A stretch of DNA of 64,000 bases, from contig OZ219754.1 of assembly GCA_964291295.2 (NCBI GenBank), forward strand, positions 2,784,001 through 2,848,000. Reading direction: 5' to 3'. Position 1 is the first letter of the stretch. Each line of letters starts with the position of its first letter. This DNA is from an uncultured Candidatus Binatia bacterium (lineage in GTDB: Bacteria; Desulfobacterota; Binatia; UBA9968; JAJDTQ01). Under the pieces are notes generated by a model. The model had not been told where the DNA came from, ran no database searches, and saw only the letters and a program-made list of their open reading frames with translations. The translations under genes and the position numbers were made by a program. This document shows positions 26,712 through 37,500 of the stretch, in pieces.

Positions 26712-27149
26712 ATGAACGCCATCTTTCAGACCGAACCGAATCTCGCCCTTGTCGTCCTGCGGCTGGGGCTGGCCGTCACCTTCTTCGCCCACGGCACCCA
26801 GCATCTGTTCGGCTGGCTGGGAGGAAGAGGCATCCAGGCCCAGGTGACCAATTGGAAAGAGCGCTACCGGATCCCCACCTGGATCGGCGTCATCGGAATC
26901 TTCACGGAAATCCTCAGCGTCCCGGCCATGATCCTGGGTTTTCTGACCCGTCCCCTGGCCCTGGGTCTGCTGATCTTCCTGGCCGTGGCCATCTGGAAGA
27001 GCCACTGGGAGCACGGCTTCTTCCTGTCCGGAGGCGGACGCAAGGGCATGGGGATCGAATACTGCCTCGCCCTCTTCCTGATGGCGCTGGCGGTACTGGT
27101 GGGCGGCAGCGGAGCACTCTCCATTGACCACCTGCTCGGCCGCCCGTAG
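26712..27149 (+). CDS. DoxX family membrane protein
   Basis: LRLGLAVTFFAHGTQHLFGWLGG, GFLTR, GIEY, GSGALSID. Confidence 0.88.
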   Translation: MNAIFQTEPNLALVVLRLGLAVTFFAHGTQHLFGWLGGRGIQAQVTNWKERYRIPTWIGVIGIFTEILSVPAMILGFLTRPLALGLLIFLAVAIWKSHWEHGFFLSGGGRKGMGIEYCLALFLMALAVLVGGSGALSIDHLLGRP

Positions 27150-27205
27150 TCTTCACCCCGGAAGACTTTAGCGGCACGAAGAGCCGCCAGGGCCCCGATC
27201 GCTGC

Positions 27206-27271
27206 CGTGCGGGTGCCGTACGGGTGCCGTGCGGGTGCCATATTGGTACCGTGTTGGTGCCGGGTTCGTGT
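27206..27271. repeat. degenerate 11-bp tandem repeat (6 units)
   Basis: CGTGCGGGTGC CGTACGGGTGC CGTGCGGGTGC CATATTGGTAC CGTGTTGGTGC CGGGTTCGTGT. Confidence 0.75.
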
Positions 27272-27369
27272 CCGACACGAGGCCGCGGATGTCCGGCATA
27301 CCGGACGAAGAGCCGGGCCTGGCTGCCCACCAGCCGCCTCCCGACCGCGGGCCGCCGGGCTCTTCGCCA

Positions 27370-27663
27370 TCACGAGGAGCGTTTCCGGCGGGGGGCCGTT
27401 GAAGCGCGAGGCGTCCGGCGGGGTGCGCCGCTTCGGGAAGCCAGCTTCGATGCAGGCCGTTTCCGCCGCCAGAGCTTGGCCTTCCCCCGCCGCCACCGGG
27501 AGCGGATGGCCGCCGTGACGGCCTTCGCCGTGACCCAGACGACCGCGGAGGCGACCCATACCGGCAGGCTGGCTTGAAGGATCAACCCCCGGTCGCGATA
27601 GAACAGGAAGCAAAGCAGGGTCCAGAAAAAGCTGAGCCAGATGAGCGCGATGGCCGACCGCAT
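27370..27663 (-). CDS. hypothetical small membrane protein
   Basis: Two hydrophobic helices and a basic tail; fills the gap downstream of the XdhA-like gene. Confidence 0.45.
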   Translation of the reverse strand: MRSAIALIWLSFFWTLLCFLFYRDRGLILQASLPVWVASAVVWVTAKAVTAAIRSRWRRGKAKLWRRKRPASKLASRSGAPRRTPRASTAPRRKRSS

Positions 27664-27702
27664 GGTTTCATGAGGGGCGGGCCGAGAGCCGGCCCGCGGG
27701 TT

Positions 27703-29988
27703 TCAGGAACCTTCGGCCCCGGCGTTTCTCAGCGCCCGCCACACCCGCTCCGGCGTCAAGGGGAGTTCCTGGATGCGGACGCCCGTGGCCCGGGCCACGG
27801 CATTGCAGACCGCGGGCGCCACCGGGATGATGCCGCCCTCCCCCATCCCCTTGGCTCCGTAAGGCCCGGGGCCGTCGCCGTTCTCCAGAAGGCACGATTC
27901 GAACGTACGCGGCATGTCCCGGAACCCCGGCACCCGGTAATCCACCAGATTGGGGTTGAGGGGCTGTCCCTCCGCATAGACCAGGGATTCGAAGAGGGTG
28001 TGGCCCATGGCCATGACCGCGGCGCCCTCGTCCTGTCCTTCGGCCTGACGCGGATTGATGGCCTTGCCCACGTCCGCCACGCTGGCATAGCACTGGACGG
28101 TCACCTCGCCGGTGTCGCGGTCCACCGCCACCACCGCGCCGCCGATGCCCACTTCCCAGAAGATCGGCAGGACCGGCGAGATGCCCCCGCCGGCCCGCAC
28201 GTAGCCGCGCCCGATGAGCTCGCCGCCGGGCATGCCGAAGTAGCCGGCCACCACCTCGGCGTAGTCACGCCGGGCTTCGCCGCACCAGGCGGCACCGTCC
28301 CTCAGGATCACGCGCCGCCGGTCCACGTTGAACTGCTCCGCCGCGATGGCCTCGATCTGGCGGCGGACGTCGGCCGCGGCAAACTTCACCGCGGTTCCCA
28401 TGACCGTGGTGGAACGGCTCGCGCCGGTGGATCGGTCGAAGGGGGTCGTATGGGTATCGGTTCCGCGCAGCAGGACCCGTTCGAGCGGAACGCACAACTC
28501 TTCGGCCGCGATCTGACTCAGCACCGTGCGCACCCCCTGTCCCACCTCGGTGCTGCCAGCCATCACCACCACGTTGCCGTCGCTCAGCAGACGCACGATG
28601 GCGGTGGACACGGGGTTGGCCTCGCTGTCGGTGATCCCGACGGCGAGGCCGGCGCCGGCACCGGGCCCGGACGAACCGGCATCCCGGATCATCCCGGCCA
28701 CCATGGCGAGCCCCTGTCGCAGGTCGCCGTCGATGCCCCGGGAACCGGGCCGGATCGCCTCGTCACGACCGAGCAGGTGTTCCAGCCGGTACCGCAGAGG
28801 ATCCAGGCCCAGGGCCCCGGCAATGCGGTCCATCTGCGCTTCCACCGGCCACACGGACTGGGGTCCGCCGATGGAACGCATGGAGCCGGCTGGCACCGAG
28901 TTGGTGTAGACGCCGTAGCTGTCGGAGCGGAAGTTGGCACAGCGATAGGCTCCGTGAACCCGCAGTACCGCCCGGGCCACCACCCGGGGGCCGTTGTCGG
29001 CGTAGGCGCCGGTGTCAAGATGCATCTTGACCTCCCGTGCCACGATGGCGCCGTTGCGCTTGACGCCGGTCCTGATCCGGCAGCGGGCGGAGTGGCGCCG
29101 GGCGGTCAGCATGGACTCGGTGACGGAGTGCTCCAGACGCACCGGCCGTCCCCGGGTCTTCCGCGCCAGCGCCACCACCAGCGGTTCGATCTTGAGGTAG
29201 GACTTGCCGCCGAAGGCCCCGCCCACGTAGGGCACCACCACCTGGACGTCGGCCATGGAGAGACCGAAGAGGCGCGCCAGTTCCGACCGGATGAGAAAGG
29301 GATGCGCCGAGGCCGACCACAGCGTCACCCGCCCATCCTGAAACCGCGCCGCGGTGGTATGGGGCTCCATGGAATAGTGGCACACCATGGGAAAATGGAA
29401 GACGTCATCGAAGACCACGTCGGACTCCGCAAAGCCCCGATCCACGTTGCCCAGTTCGATGTGTTCGTGGTGGCAGATGTTCGGATGCTCCCGGTCGTCC
29501 GACAGGTTGACGTCGTGAAAGTCCCCCGAACCGGCTGCCTGCGCGTGCAGCACCGGCGCGTCGCCGGCCAGGGCCTCGTCCAGCGTGCCGGCGTACGGAA
29601 GCTCCTCGTATTCGACCTGGATGAGGGAGACGGCCTCTGCCGCCGCCAGCCGGTCCCGGGCGGCCACCGCGGCCACGGGCTCGCCCACGTAGCGGACCCG
29701 TTCCATGGCCACGATGGGGCGGTCGCGCAAGCAGTGGCCATAGTAGGGATCCAGATCCCGCAGGTCGTCCCGGCACAGGACGGCCGCCACCCCCGGCACC
29801 TTGAGGGCCGCGCTCACGTCGATGGAACGAATGCGCGCGTGTGGAAAGGTGCTTCGCAGCACCCGGGCGTCGAGCACCCCGGGGATGTCCAGGTCCGCCG
29901 AGAACCTGGCCCCGCCCGTGACCTTCTCGACACCTTCGATGCGGTTGCGGCCCTTGCCGACGACTTCCATCCGTTTCGTCCCGTCCAT
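27703..29988 (-). CDS. xanthine dehydrogenase family molybdopterin-binding subunit
   Basis: EKVTGGARF, HYSMEPH, VGGAFGGK, GSMRSIG, EVGQG, TGASRST, GAKGMGEGG. Confidence 0.92.
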   Translation of the reverse strand: MDGTKRMEVVGKGRNRIEGVEKVTGGARFSADLDIPGVLDARVLRSTFPHARIRSIDVSAALKVPGVAAVLCRDDLRDLDPYYGHCLRDRPIVAMERVRYVGEPVAAVAARDRLAAAEAVSLIQVEYEELPYAGTLDEALAGDAPVLHAQAAGSGDFHDVNLSDDREHPNICHHEHIELGNVDRGFAESDVVFDDVFHFPMVCHYSMEPHTTAARFQDGRVTLWSASAHPFLIRSELARLFGLSMADVQVVVPYVGGAFGGKSYLKIEPLVVALARKTRGRPVRLEHSVTESMLTARRHSARCRIRTGVKRNGAIVAREVKMHLDTGAYADNGPRVVARAVLRVHGAYRCANFRSDSYGVYTNSVPAGSMRSIGGPQSVWPVEAQMDRIAGALGLDPLRYRLEHLLGRDEAIRPGSRGIDGDLRQGLAMVAGMIRDAGSSGPGAGAGLAVGITDSEANPVSTAIVRLLSDGNVVVMAGSTEVGQGVRTVLSQIAAEELCVPLERVLLRGTDTHTTPFDRSTGASRSTTVMGTAVKFAAADVRRQIEAIAAEQFNVDRRRVILRDGAAWCGEARRDYAEVVAGYFGMPGGELIGRGYVRAGGGISPVLPIFWEVGIGGAVVAVDRDTGEVTVQCYASVADVGKAINPRQAEGQDEGAAVMAMGHTLFESLVYAEGQPLNPNLVDYRVPGFRDMPRTFESCLLENGDGPGPYGAKGMGEGGIIPVAPAVCNAVARATGVRIQELPLTPERVWRALRNAGAEGS

Positions 29989-29991
29989 CGC

Positions 29992-31119
<1,128 letters not shown>

Positions 31120-31370
31120 CTATGGATATCGGCGCCGGGTCTCCAGGTTACGGGATCCGCCGGGCGAGCCGGCACTGTCGCGTCTTCCGCCTCACGCACC
31201 GTCGTCATTCGAGCTCTCGGACACCCTGGTTCCTGCGGCGGTTCCGGTCTTCCCGCTCCAAGGGCATCGACCATCCTCCGGCTCCGGAGTTCCGGCTTTC
31301 CGAAGCGGCGGGGCGGCTACCTCGTCCACGGCCGCCGTCGCCGCCACGCGCCCCCGCAGTCGGGCCAGGG

Positions 31371-32762
31371 TCAGCATCCCGGCCCGGGAGGCTTCGAGAC
31401 CCGCGCCTCCGGCTCCGCCAGGGTGAGCTGTCCGGGGGTGCGCAGGCGGCGGTCGATTTTCGGCGGCAGGGGAAGCTCCGTGCTTGCGGCGCCCAGTTCC
31501 CTGAAACGCCTGGCCGCCGGAAAGAGACGGCTCTCCAGCGAGCCCACGGCGTCGTTGTAGGCCCTGACGGCATTCTCCAGGCCGCTTCCGGCGCGCTGAA
31601 AATGCTCCACGAACCTGGCCAGGCGGTCGTGGAGCTCCTTCCCCTGTTCCGCGATCTCCCGGGCATTCTCCGCCACCTTGTGCTGCTGCCAGCCGTAAGC
31701 CACGGTCTTCAACAACGCCAGCAGCGTCACCGGGGTGGTGGGCAGCACGCGCTGCCGCATGGCGTACTCGAGCAGGTCGGCATCTTTCTCGAAGGCCGCG
31801 CTCAGGCAGGCATCGTTGGGGACGAACATGACCACCATCTCCGGAGCGCGCTCGAACTGCTCCCAGTACCGCTTCTGGCTGAGTTCGCGAATGCGCCCGC
31901 GGATGGCGCTGGCGTGCTCCTTGAGTTTGACCTCGCGGTGCGTGCCGTCGCCATCCTCCAGTGCCTCCAGATAGGACTGCATGGGCGTCTTGGAATCCAC
32001 CGGGAGAATGCCCCGCGCCGGCAGATGGACGATCATGTCGGGACGGCCGTTGTCGGTGACCGCCTGCTCCTCGAAGTCCACATGGGGCACCATGTCCGCC
32101 AGTTCCACCACCCGGCGCAGCTGCAACTCCCCCCAGCGGCCGCGGGCCGCTGGCGCCGCCCGCAACGCCTGCACCAGCGGTCCGAGCTGCCGAAGCTGCT
32201 CCTGGAGGCCCTGGTACGCCCCTTCGCGCTTCTGCTCCATCTGCTGCACCTGCCGGTCCAGCTCCTGCACGGTCTTGCCGAGGGGCTCGACGAGATTGCG
32301 CAACTCCTCCTTTTGGGTGCCCCAGTCGCCGCGCACCTCCGTCAGCATGTGCCCCATCTGTTCCCGGCTATGCTTGAGAAACCCCTCGGTGTTGTCCTGG
32401 AGCGAACGGGAGGCCAAGGCCTGGAACACCTCCCTGAGGCGCGTCTCGGCAGCCTCCACCCAGCGCAGCTTCTCCGCATCCGCCTCCCGCTCCTTGCGTA
32501 CTTCGGCGGCCTGGACATGCGCGCGCTGACAGGCTTCCTGGACCTGCCGCAGCTGCTCCTCGAGACCGGGAACCCGATCCGCCACCTGCTCCGCCCGGGC
32601 CTTGTCCTCCGAAAGCTGACGAATGGTCTGCTGCGCTTCCTCGACGCGGTCGCGCGCTTCATGCCGCCAGCTCGCCAGCTCCCGGGCCGCGGCAATTCGA
32701 GCGACCATCCAGGCCACCAGCGCGCCTGCCGCCGCGCCTATGACGACAAGGACAAATTCCAT
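31371..32762 (-). CDS. rmuC: DNA recombination protein RmuC
   Basis: N-terminal TM segment, coiled coil, RGRWGELQL, RPDMIVHLP...DSK, VMFVPND, TPVTLLALLKTVAYGW. Confidence 0.9.
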   Translation of the reverse strand: MEFVLVVIGAAAGALVAWMVARIAAARELASWRHEARDRVEEAQQTIRQLSEDKARAEQVADRVPGLEEQLRQVQEACQRAHVQAAEVRKEREADAEKLRWVEAAETRLREVFQALASRSLQDNTEGFLKHSREQMGHMLTEVRGDWGTQKEELRNLVEPLGKTVQELDRQVQQMEQKREGAYQGLQEQLRQLGPLVQALRAAPAARGRWGELQLRRVVELADMVPHVDFEEQAVTDNGRPDMIVHLPARGILPVDSKTPMQSYLEALEDGDGTHREVKLKEHASAIRGRIRELSQKRYWEQFERAPEMVVMFVPNDACLSAAFEKDADLLEYAMRQRVLPTTPVTLLALLKTVAYGWQQHKVAENAREIAEQGKELHDRLARFVEHFQRAGSGLENAVRAYNDAVGSLESRLFPAARRFRELGAASTELPLPPKIDRRLRTPGQLTLAEPEARVSKPPGPGC

Positions 32763-32915
32763 GAGCGGCTCATGAGGCCGGGGGTCGGGAGTTCCCGGCA
32801 CCGCAGTGCGCGCCGGTGCCGATGAATTCCGGCCGTCGGGCGCACTTCCGGTCTTGCGCGCACCCCGTCTTGCGCGGCCCGCCGGCCACACCTCTCGAAG
32901 CCGGCACGCCGGCGT

Positions 32916-33728
32916 TCACCGTCGGACCCCGTGGCCGCCCTTGCGAAGAATGCGCTGGATCTGCTGCAACTTTCCCCCATCCCACGTCTGCAACGCGCTT
33001 CCTTCGGGAAGCTGCGCGATCACCTTCCGGGTGTTGGCAATACGGGTTTCGGTGGCGGGATGGCTGGACAGGAAGCTCGGTGCCGAGCGGCCGCCCTCTT
33101 TCCTGAGGGTCTCGAAAAAGGTCACCAGCCCTCGCGGATCGTATCCCGACCTGAACATGAGCCCCACGGCAAATGCGTCCGCCTCGTTCTCGGCCTCCCG
33201 GCTGAAGGTGTTGAGGTAGCCCATGGCGGCAAAACCGCCGAGGGCGTGTATCGCCCGGCCGGCTTCCGGCCCGCCGGCCAACTCGGCCACCATCACCCCT
33301 GTCTGATGCAGGATGTTGGTGGTCAGGGCGCGATTGAAGTTCTTCGCGACGTGGCGTCTGGCGACGTGTCCGATCTCGTGAGCGATGACACCGGCCAGTT
33401 CGCTGACATTGCGCGCCTTGAGCAGCGTTCCCGTGTAGAGATAGATGTGACCGGCCGGTGCGGCGAACGCGTTCACTTCGTCCCTGGCCACCACATGAAA
33501 GCGATAGGTGAAGGGTTGCGGGGCGGCTTCCCGCAACAGCCTCTCGCCGATGACCGAAACGTAGCCGACCACGTCCGGATTGCGCACGAGATCGGCGCGG
33601 CGATTGAAGGAACGGGAGAAATCAGCACCCAGGCTGCGTTCCTGGTCCACGCTCAACGGCATGCACGCCGCCGGCGTCATTGCCAGAAGGGAACAGATCA
33701 AACATTCCACGGCCCGGACCCAACGCAT
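32916..33728 (-). CDS. M48 family metalloprotease (BepA-like)
   Basis: VNAFAAPAG, AHEIGH, FSREAENEAD, FLSSHP. Confidence 0.9.
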   Translation of the reverse strand: MRWVRAVECLICSLLAMTPAACMPLSVDQERSLGADFSRSFNRRADLVRNPDVVGYVSVIGERLLREAAPQPFTYRFHVVARDEVNAFAAPAGHIYLYTGTLLKARNVSELAGVIAHEIGHVARRHVAKNFNRALTTNILHQTGVMVAELAGGPEAGRAIHALGGFAAMGYLNTFSREAENEADAFAVGLMFRSGYDPRGLVTFFETLRKEGGRSAPSFLSSHPATETRIANTRKVIAQLPEGSALQTWDGGKLQQIQRILRKGGHGVRR

Positions 33729-33863
33729 GCCCCAAGGTTAACCGCAGCCATCCGCCCTTTCAAGCAGTGCGGCCGGGCCGCCACCCGGACCGGCCAAAGC
33801 GCCGCGACGGATTCTCAAAGGAAACGCGGTGCGTTACAATCCGCGGACGGCTGGAGTGAACGG

Positions 33864-34559
33864 ATGAGGGCGGCATCAAATCCGAAAAAGATCGCTGGAG
33901 AGCGCGCTGCGGAGTACGCCGCCAATGACATGATCGTGGGGCTCGGCACGGGCTCGACGGCCTGTTTCGCCATTGTCCGCCTGGCGGAGAGAATCCGGGA
34001 GGAAGGACTGCGCATCCGTTGCATCGCGACCTCCGAACGCTCCGCGACCCTGGCGCGGCAACTGGACGTTCCGTTGACCGGCTTCGACGAGGTGCTCCAC
34101 GTTGACCTCACCATCGACGGCGCCGACGAAGTGGACCCGGCCTTCAATCTCATCAAGGGGGGCGGGGGGGCGCTCCTGCGCGAAAAGTTCGTCGCCTCCG
34201 CCACCGATATCGAACTGATCATCGTCGACGAGGGGAAGCTCAAGCGGCGCCTCGGCGCCTTTCCCGTGCCCGTGGAGGTGGTCCCCTTCGGCTGGCGGCT
34301 CACGCGTCAACGCCTGCAGGGGCTGGGGTGCGAGGCACGGTTGCGCGCGTCCGACGGGCACCCTTTTGTCACCGACAACGGCAACTATATCGTGGACTGC
34401 TCCTTCGGCGCCATCGAGGACCCGCCCGGGCTCGAACGCCGGATGGTCGAAACCTGCGGCGTGGTGGAGTGCGGCATCTTCGCCGGACTCGCAACCCGGA
34501 TCGTGGTCGGAAAGTCCGACGGGAGCCTGGAAGAGAGAGCCGAGCCCGCCCGGCTCTGA
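33864..34559 (+). CDS. rpiA: ribose-5-phosphate isomerase A
   Basis: GLGTGST, DGADEVD, IKGGGGALLREK, TDNGNYIVD. Confidence 0.95.
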   Translation: MRAASNPKKIAGERAAEYAANDMIVGLGTGSTACFAIVRLAERIREEGLRIRCIATSERSATLARQLDVPLTGFDEVLHVDLTIDGADEVDPAFNLIKGGGGALLREKFVASATDIELIIVDEGKLKRRLGAFPVPVEVVPFGWRLTRQRLQGLGCEARLRASDGHPFVTDNGNYIVDCSFGAIEDPPGLERRMVETCGVVECGIFAGLATRIVVGKSDGSLEERAEPARL

Positions 34560-34599
34560 CGGAAGCTCTGAACCACCCCGGTGCGGGCGGCGGTGCGGC

Positions 34600-37500
34600 T
34601 CACCGCTCCGGCTCGAAGACAAGTTCGGGCACCACCACCTCCCAGCCATGGCATTTCGCGGTGTCGCGGTATTTCGGGTCTGAAGCCTCGCGGCTCCAGC
34701 CCACCACCGCGAACACTTCCGCCCACCGGCACCGGGTTCCGGACGGCGGTCTGAACGACCCGGCCATGCGCCCCACGGTGCGGCCGGCCCGGTCCAGCAA
34801 CAGCCAGCGCCCGTCGCTTCCGATCCGCACGTCCAGGGCATCGCCGATGGACAACGCGGCGATGGCGCCGTGTATCGGGTCGTCCGCATGACAGCGTCCG
34901 GCGAACCCCAGATCGACGTCCCCGAGAGTCGGCCGGACATGGCGATACGACACCGCCTCGGGGCACGGCGGAAGCTCGGCGGCCTCCCGGAGCACCGTGG
35001 CGGGATGGTCCAGCAATTCGTCCTGCAGACCTCGGGAACCGTCGAGGCGCGCCAGCGTGAGCGTCTGCCGCGCCCGCGTCATGGCCACATAGTACAGGCG
35101 CCGCGGCGCATCGAAATCCTCGTTGTGGCCCACGCGTTCCCAGCTGCCGTCGAGCACCGCCACGTGATCGAACTCCAGCCCCTTGGCGCGATGGGCGGTG
35201 AGCAGCAACAGTCCCCGCTGGCGGCGGCGTATGCCCTGGCCCCACTCGGCCAGCCACTCGATGAAATGCTCCACCGGGGTTTCCCCGCCGCCGGTTTCCA
35301 GCGCATGTTCCTCGACGGCCTGGCGCAGCAGATCGTGCCAGGGATCGGCGGGCCACGCGTCCGCCCGGCGGCGCAGGGACGCGCCGTCGACGATCCGCGT
35401 TTCACGCTGGCACAGCCAGTCGACGAACGTCCGGGTCTCCCGCAGGTGCCAGAAACTCGGTATCTCCTCGTTCGCCATCTGCACCGGAATGGCATGCGCC
35501 TCGCAGAATGCCCGCACCGGCACCAAGTACTCCCACTCGCGCGCCACCGCCGCGCACCGCGACCAGTCCCAGGCGGGGGCCCGTGCGGAGAGACGCTGCA
35601 ACTCCGCCATGACCGCCCGCGCCTGGTGGACCGCATCGCCGCCGGCCGGCAGTATCTGTACCCGCCCGCGCGCCATTGGATCCAGGGCCGTCCACGCACC
35701 GCCCGGCGGCTCCTTCTCGCGGGCGCGGTTGACATGGATGGGATGCTCCGCCTTCATGCGGCTCCGCGCGGATTCGATCACCGCGTTGGCCGCGGCCACG
35801 ATATGGGCCGTCGAACGGTAGTTGGCGGTGAGGTAGCCGGGCTTCGGTCCGTAGTCGGCCTCGAAGCGCCGGATGAACTCCACCGACGCGCCATTGAAGG
35901 CGTAGATGTTCTGATCGTCATCCCCGACCGCGAACAGGGTCAGCTTGCCGGCGTCGTCTTCCAGCGTCCGGCCGGCCAGCGCCGATATCAGTTCGTACTG
36001 CTCGGGGCCGACATCCTGATACTCGTCCACGAGAATCCAGCGAAAACCCGCCAGCAGCCGTTCGCGGCGCTCATCCGCCTCTTCCGGCGACAGATCTTCG
36101 CCCCGGAGCAGTGCCACGGCCCGGCGCATCACCTCCCTGAATGTCTCCTGGTCCGGCCGCTCCCACCGGCCGGTGAAGCTTGCGCCCGCCAGGCGCATGG
36201 CCAGGGCGTGGCAGGTGAGCACCGTCACGCCGCGGGCGTCGCCGCCGATCAGCTCGCCAAGCCGGCGGCGGATGTCCACGGCCGCGTGGCGGTTGTAGGC
36301 CAGCGCAAGGATGCCCCGGGCACTCTCCCGTCGGACGCGGATCAGCCAGGCGATGCGATGGACCAGCACGCGCGTCTTGCCGGAGCCGGGGCCTGCGAGC
36401 ACCAGCACGTGGGTGCGGTCCCGATCGTCGGCCACGATACGCTGCTGGACCGGGTTTCCCAGAGCTTCGACGATGGCGCGCCACGACGCCGGCGTCGTCT
36501 GCCGGCCGATCTCCCGGTCCCGTCCGGGAAGCCAGCGGGCGAGGAACTCCTTCGTCCCGAGGGCGAAATAGTCCATCGCCAGGCGCAGCGCCTCGCTCAT
36601 GGCGGCAAGGCCGCGCTCGGCGAACTCCACCATGACGTGGACCTGCAGCACCTGACCCCTGTAGTGAAGCGCAAGAGGTTCGAAGTCCGCCCTGGAAAAG
36701 CCGCGCCGCTCCCGCTGCTCCAGCCGGATCGTCATGGCCGGGCGGAACACCGCCAGCCCCTTGTTGAGGCGAAGCACCTCCTGCTCGTGGAGCCAGAGCA
36801 GAGCCCGGTCCAGCAGCCGGGTCGGGTTCCGAACCCTGCTTTTCAGGAGCAGGTCGGACTGGATCGCCTGCAGGAGTTTCCCGAGCGTGCTCTCGGCCAG
36901 AAGATCGGTACCCCGGCTGCCGGAGGGCAGGCAGCCGAGCAGATGTTCCAGAAGGCGGGCGGCCGCCTCGCGGCGCAGGCGGGCGGTTTCTTCGAGCGCG
37001 CCCCACTCGCGTTGCAGCGTGACATGCGCGGTCTCCGCATCGCGTTTGCGGACCGTGAGGCTGCCGGCGGCGCCGTCGTCCTCGCCGCGCCCGTCCCAGG
37101 CGATGCTGCGGATGATGCGGAACAACCGTTCCGGCAGAGGATCCACCAGACCCTGGTCCCGCAACACCTGGGCGGCGACGCGCAGATGGAGAGTCGAGCG
37201 GTCTCCCTTCCCGAGGTCGGGAGCGGCCTCCCGCATGTGGGTGATGAGGGCGGTTTCCAGCGCCGCCGCCTCTTCGAGACGCTTCCGCGACGAGCGCTCC
37301 ACGCCGGTGTGGACGAACGCGGTCAGCGCCGTGTCGTTGCTGGCAATGCCGACCCGCTCAAGGTCGTACAGGGCACCGCGTACACCTTCGGGAGTCAGGC
37401 CCGAGACCCCCATCAGCTCGTCCGTGCTCATCCCTTCGTCGGCGTTCGCGCCGATCAGTACTTCCACGATGCGCAGCAACTGTGCGCGATAGGCCGCCGC

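Noticed and set aside
27206-27271. Possible CRISPR array (also considered for 16770-16860)
   Set aside because: Units are contiguous 11-12-mers without unique spacers, and no cas genes are present.
31192-31377. 61-aa ORF after rmuC
   Set aside because: No recognisable motif or RBS; cannot be supported as a gene.
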